Source of the DNA: Geosiphon pyriformis uo1
Lineage: Eukaryota > Fungi > Glomeromycota
Direction of reading: 5' to 3'
Assembly (NCBI GenBank): GCA_016748015.1
Contig: JAAOMT010000254.1
Coordinates: forward strand, 1-64,000
Length of the DNA: 64,000 bases
In this document: positions 55,394 through 64,000 of the stretch, piece after piece
Numbering within the stretch: the first letter of the stretch is position 1
Layout: every line of letters begins with the position of its first letter
Made by a program: the position numbers and the translations under genes
Notes under the pieces: generated by a model
The model's database searches: none
What the model was told of the DNA's origin: nothing
Seen by the model: the letters and a program-made list of their open reading frames with translations, nothing else

Positions 55394-55924
55394 ATATCTT
55401 TATTATTATTATTCAAATAAAAACATACTTTAAAAACCAATTTTTTAATTATTTGTACTTAAAATTTCTAAAACTTAATTAATATTTTGAAATTGATTAG
55501 CTATCAATTTCAGTAATTTATTATTGACTTCAGATCTAAATAGAAAATAATTTACTTGACAAAATTTTATTTTTTTTATAATTCTTTTATTTTTTTTTAT
55601 TTTTTTTATTATAATTATTAAAATAGCTTATAAACAAGATTCTTGTAAAAGAGTTGACTTTTACTACAAAAGTAACTAAAAATTTTAGTAAGCTTTTAAA
55701 TAAGCAATTCTTGGAAAAAAGTTAATATTTACTACAATGTAACTATACAAAGTAATTGGCATAGATTGGCTATTTTATTTATAAGCTTAGTAATTCAAAT
55801 TATAGAAGATAATTTGAAGATAAATTTAGTTAGCAGAAGTTTAACTACTTTCAAAAAATGTGAATTTACAACAAATAAATATTAACAACATTCAAAAAAA
55901 AAGACCAAAAACCTCCAGTAATAA

Positions 55925-57190
55925 TACTCAATAGCTGTTTATATAATATTGGCTTTGTTAAGAAGTATTTTATAAAAAAAGAATCTAATAAAGTTTTTAT
56001 TTATATGGATAAATCAGTCAAAAATTTGGGATTTATAAATGCTCAATATAGTGTTACAGCTTGTTTTTTAGACACTGCCATAAGTATAAAAGTTAGAGTT
56101 TATGGCTTGCTTTTCTTAATTTTCATAGAATTGCAGATTATTATTCTTGTTTTAGACTGTGTTTCTGCATCCAATTTAGTAGTATTGTTTATGAATAATT
56201 AAGTGTCATTAGATATGTGTGTTTTAATTATAAAAAATGTCAAACCAGACTTTTACAATAAATTTTAGATAAAAAAAGAGTATATTTGTTAAGTTATTGT
56301 GTCAAAAAATCTGTTAATTAACTGAAACAAAGTCAAAGATTATTCTGAATTGTCAATAATAAGCATGCAGATTTTTTTGTTAATGCTACTACTATGTCTA
56401 ATTTTACACTGTCTACCAGAATATTATACTATTTTTTTGTTATAAAAGACAAAACTGTCTTTGAAAATGTCTGTTATTTTGTTAAAAGTTTGTTTAAGAC
56501 CATTAATTTTGTTGGTTAAAAATTTAAGCATGCAAATAGTATTGTAAATAAATCTTTTTGTAATTTTTTTGATATATATCAGACTTTTAATATATGATAT
56601 TTTAATAATTAAGTTCAATCTGGTTTTACAAGCTCTGCTTCTGCAATATTTCAGTTCTATTTTATAAAAGTCTTATACTATAGACTGTTTGTAACCAAGA
56701 AGAAAAAATTATATAATCTAAATTATCCTAGTGTTTTGTGCATTTGATGTAAACTAATAAAAAACTCAGACCATATGTTTTTATGTATACACAATAATTA
56801 TGCCAAAAAAGATCTGATTTCAGATATTATTAGAGAATAAACTGGTTTGTTAAGTGTCTATGTTGCTAACTGTAAGATAATTTATTCTTTTTATAAAGCT
56901 GAATTTTTAAATTGTTTATATATATTATTAGCTAAAAGTTTTATGATAAAAAATTAGATAATTAATATGATAAATTTATTGAAAAACAAATTAAACAATA
57001 GATTATTAGTTATTAATTTGGTTTGGTATTTTGCTAAGAGTCATAGATCTGTTATATGATTCTTAACAGCCAAATTGAAAGCACATTATAAGAAACATAA
57101 CTTATTATTACATGATGAATTTGTGATTTTAGTCATGATTAGTTTAATTTTTATGTAGTCCCATAAAATAATTCACAACTTTGACATTAA
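55925..57190 (+). mobile_element. Degenerate LINE 3' end (RNase H plus C-terminal zinc knuckle)
   Basis: KVK.HS.I..NKHADFF-like RNase H end at ~56330-56390; YPSVLCI*CKLIKNSDHMFLC at ~56720-56790. Confidence 0.75.
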
Positions 57191-57349
57191 GCTGGGTATT
57201 TATATTTGTTTTGATTTATATCTTTGTTTAATTAGTATACAATTTAGTTTCTTGTATAATTTTTTTGTAATAGATAATTTAAATATATAATACTGTTTTA
57301 ATTAGTCCAAATATTTCGTTATATGTAAAAAAAAGCATAAATCATACTT

Positions 57350-58680
57350 AATATAAAATTTTATATAATTATATGTTTTTAAGTAGTAGTTGGACTATAT
57401 TTATTAAATTTTAATAAAAAAAATAATAAGTTTTACTAATATTAATAATATTTTTAACAAATTATTTACTTATTATTTTTTAAATCTGTAAATTATAAAT
57501 TAGATATTTAAAAATTCATTACAGTTTTTTATAAAACTATATATTAATTTTATAAATAATTTTTTAATTAGAATTATTAAAATATTTTTAGATTATATTA
57601 TTTTTTTTATAAATAATTTTTTTAATATATTTTAATTTATTTCTAATATTTTTATGTTAAAAGTTTTGAAAAATAATTTTTATTATAAAGTATTTTTTTT
57701 GTTAAAAAATTTTAAAGTAGTATATATAAATTAATTAATAAACAAACATAGTTTTTGTTTATTTAAAAATTTTTTAACATTAAAAAAAATTAATTTAAAG
57801 AGTTTAGTATTTAAATAATTTAATTTAACAATTAATTTTATTAATAATAAAAATCTTAAAAATAATAACTTTACTTATGTTTTTTATTAATATATAAGTT
57901 AAATAGTTTTAAAATTATATATAATAGTTTTTATAAAAAAACTTAAAAGTTATTAATATATTTATAAATAAATTATTAAAAAATCTGGGTTTTTTATTAT
58001 TATTAATAATATCATAATATATTTTAAAGATTTAAATTTAAAGTTAAATATTAAGATATATAAATAATTTTTTTTAATATTAATTAAATTATAAGTAATT
58101 ATTTTGGTTTTAAAATATATTTTATTGTTTAACAATATTATTATGTATTTATATAATTAAGTTATATTAGATATTTGTATTTTTAAACTGGTTTTGTATT
58201 GTCAGATTTTTGTAATTATTATTGGTTTAAAAAACAGTATATATTAAATATAATAATTAAAAATAATCTTTTAATTAAAAATTAAAAATTATTTAAATGT
58301 TTTTAAAAATAAATTTATTAATAAAATTACTTTTTTTGGTCTTATATTTTTTATTTTTATTTTAAAATATTATATTAAAATATTACTTTACTCATTAATC
58401 TCGTAATAATAAAAAATATATTATATTAAAACTATTAGTTTAACTATATTTAAAAATATTAAGCATTTTATTTATAATATAATATCTTAAATTGTATATA
58501 ACAACCGGTTTACAAATAATTTTATAGTTAAGTTATATATCTACATAATAAAAATAATTTATAAATAATTATTAATAATAATTAAAACTTTTATTTTTTA
58601 GTTTTATTTATTTATTTATAATTAATTATATATATTAACTACTAATATTATTATTTAGCTATTTTATTTTTAGAAATAAT
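57350..58680. other. Ultra-AT-rich desert
   Basis: Near-complete loss of G/C, ending abruptly at the LINE 5' UTR. Confidence 0.6.
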
Positions 58681-58825
58681 TGTTAGACTAACAAAAAAAC
58701 TCTTTCTTTCGTTGATCCTCTGGTCACAACGAGAGCTTTGAGTTGTCATTGAAATAGCCTTCCTTTTCCCTTTTCCCCTTCATCTTTCTCCAGTTATTTC
58801 TTCAGACATTCCCCTTTTTGTAGCT

Positions 58826-60778
58826 ATGAAACCGGTGGGCTTTGCTGCTGGTGGTTCTGGGTCCGTTTCGGCTGGGTTGGGGACCCGGTCTGGTGTCAAA
58901 AATAAGTGTTCGGTTGGTCCTCAATCTCGCGGTGCGTCCTATAAGAAGCCGAAGAAACCTGTGGCAATTGGCAGTTTGGTGGAGTCGTCTGCTGGTGTCT
59001 CGAACATTATGGATGAAAGTGGTGACGGACCTAACATTAGACGGTCGTGGGCTAGCGAGGTCAACAGCGAAGTGGACAGCGTAAGTGGCATCTTGGACTT
59101 GGATAACTTGAAAAACGTCATCACTGAGGAAACTAGCTATGCAGAATCAGATGCAGGTTTGGATGACGACATGAATGATGCCACGCCAAGGAAGATGCGT
59201 ACCCGCACCTATGTTCTAAACAGTAAGCTGCCACCTCTCTCTTTCAATGTTCTAAGTGATGGTGAAGACACTTTGCCTCTTCCGAGTCCTAAATTTTGTG
59301 GGTCCAATCGCCTTCCTCCAGTCGGGTCACGTGCACCAGAGAAACAGAGTTTTAATTTGTCAAAATCGTTTGCATTGGACATTGAGCTATCTGCCGTGCC
59401 TGGCAAAACTAATGGTGATAAGTTGGTTTCAATCAAAAAAATTTTTTATTGTGTTGATGGATTTGGGGGAGCCTCAACTCCCTCAAAATTCCCAGGGATC
59501 ATCAGATCCTCTTTTACATCTGAAATTAGTTTGAATAAGGCTAGGAAAATGGTGATTGGTGAGAAAATTTTGGTAAATGATGATCTAAGAAAAGTAAACA
59601 GCTGTTCAGATCGGGAGGTGATCGTCAAAGAAATCCCAGTAGATCTTCCCAAATTGGCAATTGAGACGGTGTTTTCCAGGTTTGGCAAGATTGTTTCAAT
59701 CAAAGTGCAGCTTATTGGTCTTTGGCAAAAGGCCCTGGTAGAATATGAATCATCTGAGATAGCTGATTTGGTCGCAGCTAGATGGTCTGTGCTCATGGGA
59801 AAGGATTCGGTCTGAGTGGCAAAAGCAAATATTGATAAACAAACATGAGTATCGAGGGATCAGCATCAGGCTTTACTTTATACTCTTCCAGTTGGCACTA
59901 ATGCTCATGACCTCTCCAATTTGTTGGAATCATATGGTGGGAAGACTTGTTATATCGGCTGTAACCCTAGTTCATATGTTCGTGATAGATGTGCTGTAAT
60001 TTGTTTTAGTGATGAGGCATCCAAATTGGCTGCTATTGGTACCGTTCCAGTTTTCAGGAATGTGAGTTTGCATTGGGCTGGTCTTTCTTTGGCCAGTTGT
60101 GCTCATTGTAAACAATTTGGTCATGTTTCGGTCAATTGTTCCTTGGGTATGTATTCTGGTGTTCAAGGAAGAAAGATGGTTTCTGAGCAAGATCGGGTTC
60201 ATCTAGCTGGGATATATAAGAAGAAGTCGGCCCCTGTCACTCATCCAGTTTCTTTTGGTGAGAAGACATGGGCCCAAGTGGCAGGCAGTTCCCTTTCTCG
60301 CGTTGTCTCTTCAGGTGCTCCTGGTGTCAGTTTGGTCTCTGGTTTGATGGCTTTCCCAATGGATTCCTCCTCGTCTAGTGCCGCTGATCTAGGTGGTCGC
60401 CTAGCTGTGCTAGAACGCTCCGTGGAAATTCTCTTAGACCAAGTCTCACTCATTTTAAAGAAGTTAAGTTTCGTTGACTTGGTGCCATTGGCATCTTCTC
60501 CCTCAGCTCTTCCTTTGGTGTCTCCGACTGCCGTTGTTTCAGATATGGACCCGGGTTTGGAGTTGGATGGCACGTTGTTGTCATCTGTCTCTTTTTCTTC
60601 CAATGTTGGTGGGTTGGTTGTTGATTTCAGTCTGAGCAGTTCTAAGGTTTTGACTGCCAAGATTGGCAGTTTGGAATCAAATATAATGGCTCTTGAGGCT
60701 TTAGTTTGCTTAGTCTTGGATAAATTGGATCATCTGCATTCTGGATCGGGTTCGTTGGCTTTTCCTCCGTCTCAATGA
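58826..60778 (+). pseudogene. LINE ORF1 (RRM-like plus CCHC knuckle), with two in-frame TGA stops near 59813 and 59846
   Basis: VIVKEIPVDL...FSRFGKIVSIKV (RRM-like); CAHCKQFGHVSVNC; coiled-coil-like C-terminus. ORFs 58826 and 59921 share a frame. Confidence 0.88.
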
Positions 60779-63700
60779 GTAGTTTGGTTTGGAAATTTGC
60801 TACGTGCAATGTTCGGGGTATCAATGTTTCTGCGAAACAAGCGGATGTTGTTCGTTGGCATGTGAACTTGGGAAATATGGTTTCTTTTATCACTGAGACT
60901 AAGTTGAGGTCCTCTTCTGGGCCGTGAATAAAGGATAAGTTTGATGGAGTGCGAGTATTTTCTTCTGGCTTGGATAAGGGTTTCATGGGTGCTAAGGTTG
61001 CGATTGTTATGAACACTTCTTTGGCCCGTCATGTATCTAAGGTGGAGGAGATTCCTGGTCGGGTTATTTCTGTTCGGCTCCTGTTTAAGGGCAAGCTCTC
61101 GGTTACTTTTTTGGGGTTGTATGCTGGTGCCTCCTCTGGGGCTAGATTTGGTCAGGCTTTTGAAGTTAACACCCTCATTGCAAAGGCAGTCAATTCCAGC
61201 AATTTTGTTGTCTTGGGTGGGGACCTTAATGAGAATGGATCTGGTAGAAGTGCTAGTTTCAAGTTTTGTTTGAGTTTGGGTTTGGTCAATTCATTTGTTG
61301 GTCATCATTTGGCTAATTCTTATATGTGAAGCAATTCGAGAGGGGTTGGGAAAACGATTGATTACATTTTTGTTGGTGGTAATTTGTCTTCTGCTGTTGC
61401 TGGTCATCAAGTTGTCTCTGTTTCGGATTTTTTTGACACCGATCACAAGGCAGTTGTGGTTTCAGTCGGTTTGGGTGGACTTCTAGATGTACAATTGAAC
61501 AGTTTGCGCAAGCAGGCAAATAAGGATNNNNNNNNNNNNNNNNNNNNNNNNNNNNNNNNNNNNNNNNNNNNNNNNNNNNNNNNNNNNNNNNNNNNGAATG
61601 GATCTGGTAGAAGTGCTAGTTTCAAGTTTTGTTTGAGTTTGGGTTTGGTCAATTCATTTGTTGGTCATCATTTGGCTAATTCTTATATGTGAAGCAATTC
61701 GAGAGGGGTTGGGAAAACGATTGATTACATTTTTGTTGGTGGTAATTTGTCTTCTGCTGTTGCTGGTCATCAAGTTGTCTCTGTTTCGGATTTTTTTGAC
61801 ACCGATCACAAGGCAGTTGTGGTTTCAGTCGGTTTGGGTGGACTTCTAGATGTACAATTGAACAGTTTGCGCAAGCAGGCAAATAAGGATTGTTGGAAGT
61901 TCAAAATCAGGAATGCTGACTGTGTTGGATGGGCTAAGTTTAAGGATCTCTCGTCAGCTAAACTTTTGTCTTTGGNNNNNNNNNNNNNNNNNNNNNNNNN
62001 NNNNNNNNNNNNNNNNNNNNNNNNNNNNNNNNNNNNNNNNNNNNNNNNNNNNNNNNNNNNNNNNNNNNNNNNNNNNNNNNNNNNNNNNNNNNNNNNNNNN
62101 NNNNNNNNNNNNNNNNNNNNNNNNNNNNNNNNNNNNNNNNNNNNNNNNNNNNNNNNNNNNNNNNNNNNNNNNNNNNNNNNNNNNNNNNNNNNNNNNNNNN
62201 NNNNNNNNNNNNNNNNNNNNGCCCATTGCTTTGATTGAGACTGCCAGGAAGATTCTTTCCAAGATTCTGTCTGACCATATTTCAATGGCTTGTAGCAAGT
62301 TCAATGTTCTTCAGGGTGACAACTTTTTGGTGCTGAAGGGTACATCAACGCAATCTCTGGTGTTTGCTGTCAGTTCGGTAATTGAGGATGCCATTGAAAA
62401 GGATAGGGAGTTATGATTGGTCTTGCAAGATATGCAGAAAGCTTATGATTCAGTTGGGTGGCATCATTTAAGAGCTAGTTTGCAGCGTGTCAAGATGTGT
62501 GAGAGGTTCATAAGGTTTTTTGGTGGTATTCATGAGGATAGAGTTAATAGGGTAATGACTGACTTTGGTTTGTCTGGTGGTTATAAGGTGCATGATAGGT
62601 TGGACTAGGGTGAGGTCTTTTCACCACTTCTTTGGAGGATTTTTTACGATCCACTTTTGTGTGAGGTTAAAAGGCACGAACAATTGTGTGGATACCGAAT
62701 TGATACTAAGTTTGTTTAGAAATCTGGCAGGATTGAGGGCAGTGGTGGTTTGACATCGTATTTTTCGGCTGGTGCGTTTGTTGATGATACGATCTGGGTT
62801 GGAAATTGTCAGGCTTCTACTCAATATGCTCTGAATATTGCCAGTGATTTTTTGTGATCAATGACATTTCTATCAATAGTGAGAAGACGGTGGCTATTCC
62901 CATCAATCAGGGCATTAAAGTTGCTTCACTGAACATTTGTGGTCAGCCAATCTCTATTGTCAAGAAAGGGGAAACACATTGGTATCTGGGTATTTTTCTG
63001 TCGACTGAAGGGCTCTCCAAGCTGAGTGTTGTCAAGGCTCATGCGGATGTACGTTTCTTCATCAATGTTGTGCTTAGGAAGGCTATTACGGACAAACAAT
63101 TCTCGTATCTGGTGTCAGCTGTTTTGCAGCCTATTGTTAGCTATCGTACTCAGTTCAGTTTTGTCTCATCTAATGTTTGTCGCAAGTGGGATGTCTTGGT
63201 TAGAAAGGGTCTTAGGTCCAAAGCTTGTCTCCCCCATGATTTTCCTGACACTGCTTTGCATCATCCCTCATTGTATGGACTAAAGCCTTTTGAGCAGGTG
63301 CAGTCTGAAGGGAAGATTGCTGCTTTGATGGCGTTCTCTAATGCTTTTGGCATTCTTGGACGTTTGTTTAGACATAGGTTTTTGGACCTACAGGTTCTTG
63401 GTTGGGCTTCTTTAGATCCTTTGCAGTTTTCAGTCAGGTTGCGTGTTAGTCCAGTGAACAATTTTTTGGCTGGGATGGTGAAGATCTTTCTGGGCAGTGA
63501 GCTTACTTTGGTGAACAACCTCCCCACTGCATTTCGTAATCCTGGTCGGTTCCCATTGTCCTCTGTTCTTGGAAAGTCTCTGTATTTTGATTCGGTCAAA
63601 TCTCTTAAGCGTTTTGGTGTCGCTTTTGGTAATCGGCTTTTTGATAAGAAAGGTGTTTTGTTGGATTGGAAAACTTTTCATTGTTGGAAGAGGTTGGATC

Positions 63701-64000
63701 CATGTGGCCCTGTGCCTCACTGGTTCATGGTTTCTTCTGAGTTTTTGAAAGGTCAGGGTTACTCATTTTCTGGTTCTGTTGGCTCAGCAGAGAAGCTGGG
63801 TTTGGACATTTTGGGGTCTGGGGAATTTTCTGCGGTTAAAGATGGATTGCATGACATTTGGTCAGACTCTTTTGAAGTTTTCACGGATGGGTCTTTGAGA
63901 AATGCAGGCTCTGTTGAGGTTGCCTGTGGTGCTGCTGTGTACTTTCCGGTCTTGGATATAAGTATTGGTGTCGCTGTTCGTGGTCTTTTGTCATCTACTA
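60775..64000 (+). pseudogene. LINE ORF2 (APE endonuclease, reverse transcriptase, RNase H)
   Basis: APE: ATCNVRG, TETK, GGDLN, IDYIF, TDHKAV. RT: LQDMQKAYDSV, GEVFSPLL, FVDD. RNase H: VFTDGS near 63880. Confidence 0.93.

Larger units (their letters stand above)
30440..55923 (+). mobile_element. Gypsy element A (oldest, 5'-truncated, possibly a composite of two subfamilies); 3' LTR (~38635-39066 + 55394-55923) split by element B
   Basis: Degenerate protease (~31080-31400, IKLIFNSDSTNSII), dUTPase (32560-32945), RT (35211-35800, YLDN), RNase H (~35950-36350), integrase (~36420-37700) and an extra ORF (~37850-38490). The LTR halves match element C's LTR and end ...GACCAAAAACCTCCAGTAATA at 55923. 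Confidence 0.85.
58700..64000 (+). mobile_element. LINE (non-LTR retrotransposon) with ORF1 and APE-RT-RNase H ORF2; 3'-partial, with assembly gaps
   Basis: Pyrimidine-rich 5' UTR followed by two ORFs with diagnostic motifs. Markedly GC-richer than the neighbouring repeats. Confidence 0.95.

Noticed and set aside
61233-61889. Exact ~295-bp direct repeat in LINE ORF2
   Set aside because: The identical copies lie on either side of an N gap, which indicates an unmerged contig overlap.
58826-64000. Alternative genetic code (TGA=Trp) or Mollicutes endosymbiont origin for ORFs with in-frame TGA
   Set aside because: The stops also correspond to Arg (CGA) and Gln (CAG->TAG) positions, and neighbouring host genes end in TGA. 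Transition mutagenesis explains them better.

Overview
Eukaryotic, AT-rich, intron-containing fungal DNA. The gene and transposon styles point to Glomeromycotina, and the mix of lipase-3 paralogs, dUTPase-bearing Gypsy elements and RNase H-bearing LINEs resembles Geosiphon/Ambispora-type genomes (inference, not verified). Bases 1-22.8 kb are a host-gene block: a 5'-partial F-box protein with a poly-Asn tract, a 6-exon unknown gene, three class-3-lipase-fold paralogs, a nuclease-like pseudogene lying among them, and a single-pass PPxY membrane protein. All three lipase paralogs lack the catalytic serine. Bases 22.8-64 kb are a transposon graveyard: a degenerate head-to-head inverted pair, LINE and hAT remnants, a three-deep nest of Gypsy LTR elements (C inside B, inside the 3' LTR of A) with 4-bp TSDs, dUTPase and an extra ORF after integrase, and a younger LINE running off the window. 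Every repeat shows graded C:G->T:A hypermutation that is not confined to CpG. Two assembly artefacts were found: a Nextera/Tn5 adapter with a flanking 141-bp duplication, and a duplication across an N gap.
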